64,000 nucleotides of DNA from an archaeon CG10_big_fil_rev_8_21_14_0_10_43_11 (GTDB taxonomy: Archaea; Nanobdellota; Nanobdellia; PEZQ01), in the NCBI GenBank assembly GCA_002763265.1, contig PEZQ01000007.1, forward strand, positions 63,368 through 127,367, written 5' to 3'. A program made the position numbers and the translations under genes. The notes beneath the pieces are model-generated. The model worked only from the letters and a program-made list of their open reading frames with translations. It did no database searches and was not told the origin of the DNA. Positions 17,790 to 27,963 of the stretch are shown in pieces; within the stretch, counting starts at the first letter, position 1; every line of letters begins with the position of its first letter.

Positions 17790-18175
17790 AATATTTTATT
17801 TTTAAATCTTGACTCATACTTTTTGAAAACTAAAGGAAAGAGGATTATGAGAACGGATTGTATTAAAAGGTTTAACGCGCTTAACTCTATTCTCAAGTAG
17901 TAGTTTGTGAAAAAAGTTAACATTGTCATGCTTGCGATACTAAGTGCAACACTAATCACGAATGTTTCAAGTTTGTCAATTTTTTGGATGAATGTCCTTG
18001 TTATACTATATCCTGGAAGAAAGAGTATAAAGGGAATCCCGTACACCGCGCGTAATGATGAGGTTAACGTAAACGATGGCGTTAGGGCTAGGACTAGCGC
18101 GCATAGCGTTAGTATTACTATACTGGTTCCAGCAAGTACCCACTGCCTACGCAGACTTATTTCTTTCATTATCAA
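17771..18175 (-). CDS. Hypothetical small membrane protein (4 predicted TM)
   Basis: 134-aa hydrophobic ORF; could be the N-terminal part of a frameshifted gene together with 16977-17789. Confidence 0.3.
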   Translation of the reverse strand: MIMKEISLRRQWVLAGTSIVILTLCALVLALTPSFTLTSSLRAVYGIPFILFLPGYSITRTFIQKIDKLETFVISVALSIASMTMLTFFTNYYLRIELSALNLLIQSVLIILFPLVFKKYESRFKNKILWKNKK

Positions 18176-18255
18176 ACGTAAGTGTTGCTAAGTTTTTAAT
18201 GTTATTCAATACGTGACATATTAACTTTTAACTATGCAACCGCTTAGCTATTTGC

Positions 18256-19770
18256 ATGAAAGTGGGGCTTAATTTTTTGAAAAACAAGTATTTCTTACTC
18301 TTGCTCATTTTAGGTCTTGCCTTTGTGTTAAACTTTCATATGCGCCTTGACTACGAATTTCCAATTCATGTTGATGAATGGAAGTCTTGGGCAATTTCGC
18401 AACAAATAGAAAACGACGGCATCCCCTACACAGAACCGTATCTCCAACAAAATGTAGTCCATCGCGATTTAGAAATTGGTACATTCCTTTCCATAAGTAT
18501 AATACAACAGGTAACGGGCATCCCCTGGTTGAATATATTCAGGTTCATGCCCGTAGTACTCTTACTCTTAAGCACTCTCACCGTGTATTGCATTGGAAAA
18601 CGAGAAAATATAGGGTTAGAAAGCGCACTTGTCTACACGCTTATTCCTACAAGTGTACGTTTACTTGGCCCCGTATTTCTTGTTCCAGTTTCATTCACGC
18701 TTCTTTCTGTTCTTATTGGGATACTCTTATTGACGCGAGAATTAAAAACAAAACACATTCTTACAAGTGTAAGTATTATTACACTCTATCTCGCATATGC
18801 GTATCCTCCGGCACTAATCCTATTAGGTTTTATTGTCTTGCCATTTATCGTGTTTCAAAAAAGATTCTTATTAAGTATACCATTTTTTATAGCAATAGTG
18901 GTATCCATTCCACAACATCTTAGGTATGTTATAGAAACAGAGGGGCGAGCACTTTCATTTACAGTTATTCCTGTAGTTCTAGATGTGGCGCGAGAGTTTG
19001 GTGTGGTTCTTACTGCACTCTTTGTTATTGGAGTGTATCTTGTTTGGAAACATGAGAATAGACGACTCAAGTATTTCTCGATCACAAGCATGTTTCTCTT
19101 AGTGATTATCTTCTTGTTTCACATTCAAGATTTTTCGTTTCTCATTCCTCCAACGCGCGCGTATTTCTATCTAATGGTGCTCATGGTTTTTCCAATTGGT
19201 TATACAATAAAAAACCTCATTGAACAAAAGCATGCCGCCCTTACTATAACCCTCCTGATTTTTTTGCCATTTATTCTATTTCTGATTCGAACTAATCCCT
19301 TTACCAAACCAAGTGCGGATTGGATATTTCACATCACGTTCATTCCACTGTGTATAGGAATTGCAAGCATTATGGTCCCCTTGTCTCTTCGTAAAAGAAA
19401 ACACGCGCTTACTATTCTCTGTCTTACTACCCTCATTATTGCTATTGTTATTCCTGCGTTTCAACGGAATTTAGACATGCCATACTACAATGTTATTGAT
19501 GAGCATGAATATACAACATTTCTCTCATTAAAAGAGCAATACACTGGCGGTGTTGTTGCAATTGACCCGTGGAAAGCACTTGCATTTACCCCGTTAACAG
19601 GACTTCCAGTATATTCACGAATTGGTGACGGACCAAATGAATTTTTGGCAGAACGGAATCAAGAGTTAAACTGGTTCTTTGAAGAGAACTGCGAGAATAC
19701 AACATTTATAGAAAACAATAATATTGGTTTATTCTATCCAGATACTTATTGCACACAGATTATTAAATAG
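18256..19770 (+). CDS. Large polytopic membrane protein, possible GT-C-type glycosyltransferase or glycan polymerase
   Basis: 504 aa, more than 10 hydrophobic helices, first gene of the glycan cluster; family not resolvable by eye. Confidence 0.4.
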   Translation: MKVGLNFLKNKYFLLLLILGLAFVLNFHMRLDYEFPIHVDEWKSWAISQQIENDGIPYTEPYLQQNVVHRDLEIGTFLSISIIQQVTGIPWLNIFRFMPVVLLLLSTLTVYCIGKRENIGLESALVYTLIPTSVRLLGPVFLVPVSFTLLSVLIGILLLTRELKTKHILTSVSIITLYLAYAYPPALILLGFIVLPFIVFQKRFLLSIPFFIAIVVSIPQHLRYVIETEGRALSFTVIPVVLDVAREFGVVLTALFVIGVYLVWKHENRRLKYFSITSMFLLVIIFLFHIQDFSFLIPPTRAYFYLMVLMVFPIGYTIKNLIEQKHAALTITLLIFLPFILFLIRTNPFTKPSADWIFHITFIPLCIGIASIMVPLSLRKRKHALTILCLTTLIIAIVIPAFQRNLDMPYYNVIDEHEYTTFLSLKEQYTGGVVAIDPWKALAFTPLTGLPVYSRIGDGPNEFLAERNQELNWFFEENCENTTFIENNNIGLFYPDTYCTQIIK

Positions 19771-19810
19771 ATAGAGTATGGGAGTATAAAACACGGTTAG
19801 TATTATAATC

Positions 19811-21277
19811 ATGAGAATAGATGAAATTATATCAATTAAGAATTCAAACATAGCTAAGGCTTCTATTTTCATATTGTCAAGTAAAATTATCACAATCCCG
19901 ATAGGGATGCTGCTTTTGAGCATTTTAGGAAGAAATTTATCAACGACTGAATTTGGTTTGCTTTCATTTGTACTTTCATCTGCAGTAATAATTTCATCGG
20001 TACTCGAACTGAATATTAACACGGCTATTACCGTGATAAGCTCTTCACATTTTGGGAAAAAAATGAATAAAAACGGATTCGCTGTCTTAAAACTCGGATT
20101 ATTAGCAAAATTAGCTGTTACAATGATATCTTTACCAGTAGGAGTATCACTCTCAGGCCTACTCGCGAATAACGTGTTTCATAATGCTTCATTTGAACTT
20201 CCCTTAGTTTACACGATGATACTTGCCACTGCAATTAACTTAAACAATTATTTATCCACAATTGTTAGAACATTACACAAATTTCGATCAATCTCTCTTA
20301 TTCGAGTGACCGAAGACATCATAAGAATTCTATTAATTTCATTATTCATCATCAAAGCGGATCTTACTGTTAGTAACACTATCATCTCATATATAATAGC
20401 ACTGCTCTTATCAGGGGTAGCCTATGCAAGTATTTCACCAGTAATCAACATATTGACCGCACGGATATCAAAGCGGATTACTCTAGAAGTTATTAATTTT
20501 AATAAATGGTTGATGTTTGGTCTCGCCATAAGTACAATTGGGCACAACATCGCGGCACCAATAATAACTTATTTCATTAGTGTTGAATCTGCAGGGCTAT
20601 TCTATGCTGCATTCAAAATATTAAGCCTTATGTTCCTACTATCCAACTCTTTGTCATTTATACTCCTCCCAACTTTTTCTAGACTTGAAAATGAGGAACG
20701 CTTAAAGAATACACTTAAACTATTAATAGAACGCATGAGCTTAATTGCATTTCCCATTGCTTTTGGTGTCATTGCTATTTCCAAGAATATTATATTAATT
20801 ATCTTTGGAAAAAATTATTTGGCAGCCAGCTCTGTGCTTAACTTATTGATTCCAGGATTGATTGCAGGACTTTTAACTACTGGAGCCGGACAAGCATTAT
20901 TAAGTATTAAACGCGTAAGGGAAGTTCAAATTATCCCCTTAGTTAATCTAATCTCAAATACAATAATCAGTATAGCACTAATCTCTCTTTTTGGTCTAAA
21001 TGGAGCAGCAATAGCCCTTAGCATCGGTTATGTTCTAGAGTTCTTAGTAGCATGGGGCCTAGTGTTTGTATACATACGACCAAATATAGATATACTTAAC
21101 ATTTCCAAATACTTCATCGTTTCGTTGCTTATGTATACATTTGTGTCAAAGATAGTAATTTCAAATATCGTTCTTGACATGATAATAAGTATCCTAGCGG
21201 GGATAATTATATATTCTATTGGCGTTTTCGTACTATTCAATTACCCGAGCAAAAAAAATGAAAGTTGGCCTACTTAG
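19811..21277 (+). CDS. Oligosaccharide flippase (Wzx-like, MOP superfamily polysaccharide biosynthesis protein)
   Basis: 488 aa with about 12-14 TM helices and composition typical of Wzx/polysaccharide-biosynthesis transporters; sits among glycosyltransferases. Confidence 0.65.
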   Translation: MRIDEIISIKNSNIAKASIFILSSKIITIPIGMLLLSILGRNLSTTEFGLLSFVLSSAVIISSVLELNINTAITVISSSHFGKKMNKNGFAVLKLGLLAKLAVTMISLPVGVSLSGLLANNVFHNASFELPLVYTMILATAINLNNYLSTIVRTLHKFRSISLIRVTEDIIRILLISLFIIKADLTVSNTIISYIIALLLSGVAYASISPVINILTARISKRITLEVINFNKWLMFGLAISTIGHNIAAPIITYFISVESAGLFYAAFKILSLMFLLSNSLSFILLPTFSRLENEERLKNTLKLLIERMSLIAFPIAFGVIAISKNIILIIFGKNYLAASSVLNLLIPGLIAGLLTTGAGQALLSIKRVREVQIIPLVNLISNTIISIALISLFGLNGAAIALSIGYVLEFLVAWGLVFVYIRPNIDILNISKYFIVSLLMYTFVSKIVISNIVLDMIISILAGIIIYSIGVFVLFNYPSKKNESWPT

Positions 21278-22358
21278 AGGACCTTATCTCCGCGCGAATG
21301 GGGTACTTCCATGGGAATATCTACATAACCATTCTAACATAGCTGTGACTGCCTACGCTAGCAAACCCAAACGATTTGAATATTCATCTCTTAATATGCC
21401 AGTAAAAGAATTGTTCTGGCCCGAAGGCTATTCAAAGGCTGTTAGATTCGCACTAACTAAATTAAAATTTCCAAGAAATCTGCTTTTCGATATTAAACAA
21501 GTAGTTAACGAAAATGATATTCTACATGTAAGCGAAAACTACCATCTTTTCTCCTATCAGACAGCAAAATATTGTAAGCGAAAACGATTTTTTTTTGCAC
21601 AAGGTGAAAACATCCCGCACCCCTCATCCCAGAACAGTTATTTAATAAAACACATTAAACGGTTTGTTAATAAGAACGCAGAGAAGATAACAACAACCAC
21701 AGAATTAGCAAAGAAAGCATTAATTCATGAAGGAGTAAATGATGAAAAGATATTCATTGTCCCAAACGCAACAGACACGAACCTCTTCACACCAGAACCC
21801 AAAAGAACAAGTGGAACAGACTTACCCAAAGAGCTAGAAACCACATTCAACATTATTTTTGTTGGTCGCCTGAGCGAACAGAAGGGAATACCTTGGCTAC
21901 TAGATGCTTTCAAAAGAATCAAAAAAGAAGATGTGCGACTTATTCTTATTGGAAAAAATGTTGAGCATTTCAATGTACGACATAAGCACATCTATCACAT
22001 CCCTTATGTCGAACATCAACAGTTACCAAGAATTTATAACTTAGCAGACATAGGGATATTACCAAGTATACCTACCAAAAACAATGAAGAACAGTTCGGT
22101 CAAGTTGTGCATGAAGCCATGGCATGCGGAAAGCCTACACTTGTGACAAATGTGGGGGGTATGCCTGAGATAGTTACTGAAAAAACAAGCTTTGTAATAA
22201 ATTATAAATCACCACAGGATATTAAAGAGAATATCTTATACTTTTACCAAAATGAAACGGAAAAGAAAAGAATGGGTCAAGCTGCAAGACAGCATATAGA
22301 AAGAGAATATACTCCACGCATCATCGCAAACAAACTAAAGAGGCTATATCATGAATAA
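21258..22358 (+). CDS. Glycosyltransferase family 4 (GT-B fold)
   Basis: C-terminal GT4 signature EQFGQVVHEAMACGKPTLVTNVGGMPEIV. ORF track starts at 21219; internal Met at 21258 chosen to avoid a 59-nt overlap with the flippase. Confidence 0.75.
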   Translation: MKVGLLRGPYLRANGVLPWEYLHNHSNIAVTAYASKPKRFEYSSLNMPVKELFWPEGYSKAVRFALTKLKFPRNLLFDIKQVVNENDILHVSENYHLFSYQTAKYCKRKRFFFAQGENIPHPSSQNSYLIKHIKRFVNKNAEKITTTTELAKKALIHEGVNDEKIFIVPNATDTNLFTPEPKRTSGTDLPKELETTFNIIFVGRLSEQKGIPWLLDAFKRIKKEDVRLILIGKNVEHFNVRHKHIYHIPYVEHQQLPRIYNLADIGILPSIPTKNNEEQFGQVVHEAMACGKPTLVTNVGGMPEIVTEKTSFVINYKSPQDIKENILYFYQNETEKKRMGQAARQHIEREYTPRIIANKLKRLYHE

Positions 22359-23127
22359 CCAACTTCATGAAACAATATGCAAATTCTCTGAGGTAAACAA
22401 AGAATATAGCCCCGATGAAGTAACGCAAAAATTCTTTCCACAGACAGTATTTCCATCAGCAAAACTGCGAATTAAAGTAATACAGAAATATTCACGAGAA
22501 AGAAGTTTTTTGCTTGATGCAGGATGTGGAACAGGATGGGTTTCTTCTGAGCTTTCGAAAAATAGGAAAATTATATCTCTAGATTTATCAGACTCTGCGC
22601 TGGGAGAAGCTAAAATGCTGAAAACATTCACAAAATCAACAAATACCTTAGTAAAAGCGGATGTTCAAAAAATTCCAATTAAAAATAAAAGCATAGATAC
22701 CATTTTTTCTTTTTCGATGATTGAGCATATACCTAATGTTAATAATGCTCTTGGTGAGTTTAAACGAATTTTAAAAAAAGATGGAAAGATAATAATACTC
22801 GTTCCAAACAAGTATGGCGCTTATTGCGTGCTCTATGATATATTGATGAATAGAGGCGGACAACACAATTATGGGAACATACGCACAGATCATGAGAACT
22901 TACAGGGCTTTTCCGCATGGAAAAATGTCTTTGAAGAGAACAATCTTAAACTATTAGAAACGCTGAATACAGAATTTCTCACACCATTCATCGCATACAT
23001 TTTCAAGAGGAGTAATAAACAACAAAAATCAACAAAAACTCTAAGGAAAATTGACTCTTTCATCGCGAAGTTCGTGCCAAAACATATTGCTTCTGCATGG
23101 ATCTTTATTTTAGAGGAGAGAAAATGA
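22351..23127 (+). CDS. Class I SAM-dependent methyltransferase
   Basis: Motif I LLDAGCGTGWVSSEL; post-I acidic residue; DTIFSFSMIEH. Confidence 0.7.
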   Translation: MNNQLHETICKFSEVNKEYSPDEVTQKFFPQTVFPSAKLRIKVIQKYSRERSFLLDAGCGTGWVSSELSKNRKIISLDLSDSALGEAKMLKTFTKSTNTLVKADVQKIPIKNKSIDTIFSFSMIEHIPNVNNALGEFKRILKKDGKIIILVPNKYGAYCVLYDILMNRGGQHNYGNIRTDHENLQGFSAWKNVFEENNLKLLETLNTEFLTPFIAYIFKRSNKQQKSTKTLRKIDSFIAKFVPKHIASAWIFILEERK

Positions 23128-23912
23128 TCTGCTTAACCGGAGACGTTCACCACATCATAAATTCAAAAGAACAACAAATCTGTGATAAAACTGAACAAGA
23201 ACTTGCAATTACTTACACAGAAATCGCAAGAAAAAATGGACTCAAAATCACACTGTTCCTAACTGGAAAATGCGCGAAGGACAAAGAATTTATTCAAACA
23301 TTACAAAACTTTGAGAACCTAGAAATTGGGGGTCACACATATAGTGCGTTCCGCCCGACAATACTATACAAATTCATGAAAAAGATGAGCGGAAAAACGT
23401 ATGGCCCGTATTTCAATCAGGCACTTGATATTTCTTGGACGATAAAAGCGTTCAAAAAGAGAGGAGTAGACATCACTTCATGGCGCACACACGCCTACGC
23501 ATCTGATGCTAACACAGTGAAAATATTACAAGAACAAGGAATAAAAGTCATATCAGATATCGTTAAACCAAATATTGAACCAAAAGAAGAAAACGGGGTA
23601 ATGATTTTACCAATTAATGTGCTGCCTGACCATGAGCATTTATATCATGGATTTAGAACAAAGACAGTTGTAACTAATTTTCTTAAAACAGGATGGACAG
23701 ATTCCTTCACCAATAAATCATTCAGTGGAGATCAATGGCTCAAACAAGTTAAGGAACAAATAAGAGAAAATGAAAAACAAGGAATTGTTTCTACATTAAT
23801 TGTCCATCCACAATGCATGTACAATCTTAACAAATTTAGCACATTTAAGCAATTATGCAAGACGTTAAAAGGATACGGAACAAGCAATGCACGGGATATC
23901 ATATGCGACTAG
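23124..23912 (+). CDS. Putative polysaccharide deacetylase-like hydrolase
   Basis: Resembles divergent carbohydrate deacetylases (MICLTGDVHH..., GGHTYSAFRP); weak assignment. Start set at the internal Met (ORF track 23097). Confidence 0.35.
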   Translation: MICLTGDVHHIINSKEQQICDKTEQELAITYTEIARKNGLKITLFLTGKCAKDKEFIQTLQNFENLEIGGHTYSAFRPTILYKFMKKMSGKTYGPYFNQALDISWTIKAFKKRGVDITSWRTHAYASDANTVKILQEQGIKVISDIVKPNIEPKEENGVMILPINVLPDHEHLYHGFRTKTVVTNFLKTGWTDSFTNKSFSGDQWLKQVKEQIRENEKQGIVSTLIVHPQCMYNLNKFSTFKQLCKTLKGYGTSNARDIICD

Positions 23913-24868
23913 ATATAATAACTGAATTCACTGAAAAAACTAAAAAACAATGGGATAATCTAATATATCATTCAAAAACAGGCACTTTCTTCCAAACAAC
24001 AGAATGGCTTGAAAGTGTACAAGCAGGATTAAACCTACCAGCAAAGCATCTAGTTGCTTACGAAACAGATAGGTTAATAGGCGTTTTCCCCAACTTCATC
24101 AAAAACAAGAGGGCAAATATCAAGAAAAACGTGTCGATACCTCTTGGCAGTGGAGGACCTGTGATCATCAAAGATGAAAAAAAAATAATACATCTCATGC
24201 TAAAATTACTTGACAAGAACCTATACTCCCAACATAAAATAATCTGTCATGACCACGCATATCTCAGATATAATGATTTTTTTAAGTTGTTTGATTACAA
24301 ATTAGACATGGATAGTTGTAGATTCATTATCGATCTTGATTCCTATAATATTAATAAAGACGTGAAACCTTCAAGAAAGCGAAAGATAAAAAACGCAAAT
24401 AAAAAGATTCAGATTTCAATCCTTCCTTTAACTGAAGATAACCTACGCACTTTTTACGCGCTCTACAGTTCATTAGTAAAAAAATTTGGTTCAACTGCTC
24501 TCCCCTTCAATTTTTTTAGTGTATTATTAGAAAAATGCGCATCAAACATTCTCTTAGTTGGCGCTTCGCTTGAAAAAATTATCATTGGCAGTCACCTGTA
24601 CATACTTGATAACTCGCGTTCAACAATATTTCACTTCCTAAGTGGGATTGAAAAAGGATATACAAATGACCATATATCTGATATACTACACAAGTATGCC
24701 CTTAACTGGAGCGTACAAAACGGATACCGGTACTATGATTTTGGTAATGCTCGCACAAATTTCGAGGATGGGTTATTCAGATACAAAGAAAGCTTTGGCG
24801 GTAGACCTGTACCAACAATCACATGGACGAAAAATTCAAAACTATATAAATTACTGAAAATAAAGTGA
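23900..24868 (+). CDS. FemAB-like / GNAT-fold acyltransferase (Acetyltransf_6-like)
   Basis: About 320 aa two-lobed GNAT-like protein (TEWLESVQAG..., ...LYILDNSRSTIFHFLSGIEKGY...YYDFG) typical of FemAB-related proteins associated with polysaccharide loci. Confidence 0.5.
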   Translation, partial: HMRLDIITEFTEKTKKQWDNLIYHSKTGTFFQTTEWLESVQAGLNLPAKHLVAYETDRLIGVFPNFIKNKRANIKKNVSIPLGSGGPVIIKDEKKIIHLMLKLLDKNLYSQHKIICHDHAYLRYNDFFKLFDYKLDMDSCRFIIDLDSYNINKDVKPSRKRKIKNANKKIQISILPLTEDNLRTFYALYSSLVKKFGSTALPFNFFSVLLEKCASNILLVGASLEKIIIGSHLYILDNSRSTIFHFLSGIEKGYTNDHISDILHKYALNWSVQNGYRYYDFGNARTNFEDGLFRYKESFGGRPVPTITWTKNSKLYKLLKIK

Positions 24869-25470
24869 TAACAATGAAAAGTATAGACTGGACATCTCTA
24901 ACCCGATATTCAAAAGAATTCAAACCAATACGGAGATATCCTCTCATATATGGCAATATCAAAGAGTTTATTGCAAGAGAAGCTCTACCTAACGCAAAAA
25001 TTCTTGACATAGGTGGGGCCGACAAAAATATGAAAAAAACAATGAAAAATAAGATATGTGTTTATAAGTCCTTTGACATCGACAAAAGAAATACGCATGA
25101 CTTCTATTCCATACATAAAATAAACGGCAGATATAACATAGTTCTAATGATTGGGATATTAGACCATTTGGAACTATCTGATGTTTACACTTACCTTAAA
25201 AAAAGTTATGATGTGCTAGACGATAACGGGTTATTGTTCATTCAAGTGAGCAATGTGTACCATCCAACAAGTCAACGACATGATCCGCAACACAGAACCT
25301 ATCTTCCTGGAAAGAACTTATATTCTCTACTAAAAATCTTAGGGTTCAAAAACATAACAATAATTAGAAACGGCGTCCATAAAAATTTTAAACTCCCATT
25401 AAAGAGAATATTGTCTTGGGCGCTTGACATAGATTACGCACCATATTTACTCATAGAAGCTAAAAAATAA
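24865..25470 (+). CDS. SAM-dependent methyltransferase (putative)
   Basis: 201 aa; AKILDIGGADKNM glycine-rich motif I-like; MIGILDHLE. Confidence 0.5.
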   Translation: MITMKSIDWTSLTRYSKEFKPIRRYPLIYGNIKEFIAREALPNAKILDIGGADKNMKKTMKNKICVYKSFDIDKRNTHDFYSIHKINGRYNIVLMIGILDHLELSDVYTYLKKSYDVLDDNGLLFIQVSNVYHPTSQRHDPQHRTYLPGKNLYSLLKILGFKNITIIRNGVHKNFKLPLKRILSWALDIDYAPYLLIEAKK

Positions 25471-25525
25471 AGACAACATCAAATTCACAAAACTATTTAT
25501 ATGATTATCAATTGTTATCTTTCAA

Positions 25526-26923
25526 ATGAAAGTTTTGCTTGTTAATCCCTACTATCCTGAAGATGTACGACGCGAAGAAGATTGGAACGGATTATGTCCC
25601 GGAAGTAAAGTAGTGCCAGAACATATGCTCCAAATAGCAGCAGAAATAAGGAAGGTGCATGACCTAAAAGTTATTGATTGCCTTATAACAAAAACAACTG
25701 TTGATGACATCAATATGCACAATTTTGATGTTGTAATTTCTATGGCCTCTTACAAATTAAAACTTGAGTATGAACTTGCCTATTTAGAGAAAGCAAAGGA
25801 AAGTGGAGCCATTACTATCCTTGTTTTAAATGACGCATATGCAGGGGGTCTTGTTATGAATGAACATCATTTCATTGATATTCTTATGAGAGAAGAGAAA
25901 GAGTTTGTCATAGAGGAATTACTTGACGCAATAGAAAAAGAACGTGACCTAAAGAACATAAAAGGCATATTATTCAGACGAAACGGGCAAATCATTTCAA
26001 CACCAAAATATGTTACAATAGATTTTTCTAAACTGCAATTTCCTGCTTATGATTTAATTGACATGAAAAAATATACTTTTTCACCTGTTCGATCAGCAAA
26101 AGGCTGTCCCTTTAAATGCACTTTTTGCCATCAAGGAGCGTTACATGGAAACCAAGCGAAGTTCGTACCTATGGAAAAGATAATTAAAACGTTATCATAC
26201 ATTAATGAATACAAAAACATCAAGAGAGTTCTTCTTCTCAATGAAGATTTTGCAGTTAATGATCAATATGTTCATGACTTATCAGAACAAATAATTAATA
26301 ATGATATTAATTTAAAATTGACAACATCATTACGAGCATACATGCTAAAGAATGAAACATTATACACATTCAGAAAAGCAGGATTTGACTTGTTGCATCT
26401 TGGTCTTGAAAGTGCAAATGACTTTATACTAAAGAAGATTAAAAAAGGTATTAATAAAAGCATGATTGAACGCGGATTAAAAAAATTGAAGAAATTCAAT
26501 TTTATAATTCATGCTTCAATGATTGTTGGATTTCCGTGGGACAGCAGAGAAACATTATTAGAAATGGAACAGTTTCTTAATGAGTTCTTTCCTAGATATA
26601 TACAAAATTTCGGTGTAAATTTTCTTGTCCCAGAACCTGGAACAGAAATATATACAACGATGAGAGAAATGAAACTAATTAACGGTCCACTACGTGGAGG
26701 TCAACGTGGCTCATTTTTATTTTTAAAACCAAACGCAAAAACACTGTACCTATCCAAAGACGAACTTGCAAGATTAAGAGAACAAATTATTCGTAATGTA
26801 CGATATAACCCTAAAAAAAGACTGCAGGTGTTTCTTAAGCAACAAACTAATGATGTGCAATTTAAAATAAGCGACGCACTAAATATATACGAACAATACA
26901 AACTTCATAAGAGCGAGGTATAA
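25526..26923 (+). CDS. B12-binding radical SAM enzyme (class B radical SAM, probable methyltransferase)
   Basis: N-terminal cobalamin-binding-like domain followed by radical SAM cluster motif CPFKCTFC (CxxxCxxC); 465 aa. Confidence 0.75.
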   Translation: MKVLLVNPYYPEDVRREEDWNGLCPGSKVVPEHMLQIAAEIRKVHDLKVIDCLITKTTVDDINMHNFDVVISMASYKLKLEYELAYLEKAKESGAITILVLNDAYAGGLVMNEHHFIDILMREEKEFVIEELLDAIEKERDLKNIKGILFRRNGQIISTPKYVTIDFSKLQFPAYDLIDMKKYTFSPVRSAKGCPFKCTFCHQGALHGNQAKFVPMEKIIKTLSYINEYKNIKRVLLLNEDFAVNDQYVHDLSEQIINNDINLKLTTSLRAYMLKNETLYTFRKAGFDLLHLGLESANDFILKKIKKGINKSMIERGLKKLKKFNFIIHASMIVGFPWDSRETLLEMEQFLNEFFPRYIQNFGVNFLVPEPGTEIYTTMREMKLINGPLRGGQRGSFLFLKPNAKTLYLSKDELARLREQIIRNVRYNPKKRLQVFLKQQTNDVQFKISDALNIYEQYKLHKSEV

Positions 26924-27963
26924 ACCTGCTTTGTTTTTTCAAAAACAATACTTGGCTTATGCTTTTTAAAATCATATTGGGGTATATTTGATTTCAGAGA
27001 GTTAACAATCGAGGAGGAAAGACCTCTTGGTGTAAAATCAGTAATGCGCGATTCTTTAGGAAAGTATGAAAATTCTGAGATAAAGTCTGGAACCAGAACT
27101 TGTGTTCCACAAAAAAGCGCCTCTAATACAACCCGACCTAACGCCTCTCTCTTTGAGGGAAGGATGAGCATTTTTGCTACGCTAATTAATGATAAAACAG
27201 CAGGAGGGTCTAATTGATCTAAATAATGGATTCTTTGATTTTTACGTGTGTACTTGGCTAAGACTTCTCCAAGAGAATTCTTGCCAATAATAACAAGATG
27301 TAATTTATCCTTTTCAAGAAATTTCATTGCTTTTATCAAATTCAAAAGACCTTTATCATTAGAGGCATCGCCAACAAAAATCAAAAAATTGACTCCATTC
27401 AATCCATAGGTAGAAATTACCTTCTCAACAAAGGACTTTTTAGGAAGCTGCGCCTCAAAAGGCAAGGGTATATAGTTTACTTTTTCTTTGTTAAGTGAGT
27501 TTACGTGTTTTTTGGTATTTTCTGACATTACGATCACTCTATCTCCTTTCGAAAAAATCTTTCTCTCACAACCTGTGTCCCTAACGTCAGTAATTAACGG
27601 CTTTCCTAAAAGTTTAGCAGCAAGGATAGTTCCATAACAGTCAACATGTGAATGCGCATGAACTATTGAAGGATTAAAAAAAGAAATAACAAAGAAAGAT
27701 AAAACAAAAGAAAGAAGATATTTTGTTCGTTCTGCTAAAGCACCAATATATCTAGTTTTCCGCAGATAATTTTTTGGTAAAACTCTAAGAAAAATAATCT
27801 TGCCACGTTTCTCAACGATTTTGGCATGTTTATTAAAAACGGTAAGCAAACAAATAGCATCTACGTCAGGATCATGCGTAAAATAGCCTACAAGCATAGC
27901 AAAGTATATACTGGCTCCGCCTCTTGTCGGTTCAAAAATAGGGCTTACCAACAGCAGTTTCAT
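26905..27963 (-). CDS. Glycosyltransferase family 4
   Basis: GT-B C-terminal motif EALGRVVLEALFCGTQVLV. Confidence 0.65.
   Translation of the reverse strand: MKLLLVSPIFEPTRGGASIYFAMLVGYFTHDPDVDAICLLTVFNKHAKIVEKRGKIIFLRVLPKNYLRKTRYIGALAERTKYLLSFVLSFFVISFFNPSIVHAHSHVDCYGTILAAKLLGKPLITDVRDTGCERKIFSKGDRVIVMSENTKKHVNSLNKEKVNYIPLPFEAQLPKKSFVEKVISTYGLNGVNFLIFVGDASNDKGLLNLIKAMKFLEKDKLHLVIIGKNSLGEVLAKYTRKNQRIHYLDQLDPPAVLSLISVAKMLILPSKREALGRVVLEALFCGTQVLVPDFISEFSYFPKESRITDFTPRGLSSSIVNSLKSNIPQYDFKKHKPSIVFEKTKQVYTSLL

Noticed and set aside
18378-18923. 181-aa plus-strand ORF inside the 504-aa membrane protein gene
   Set aside because: Alternative frame of a longer hydrophobic ORF; Cys/His/Arg-rich composition typical of an out-of-frame read of AT-rich membrane-protein genes.
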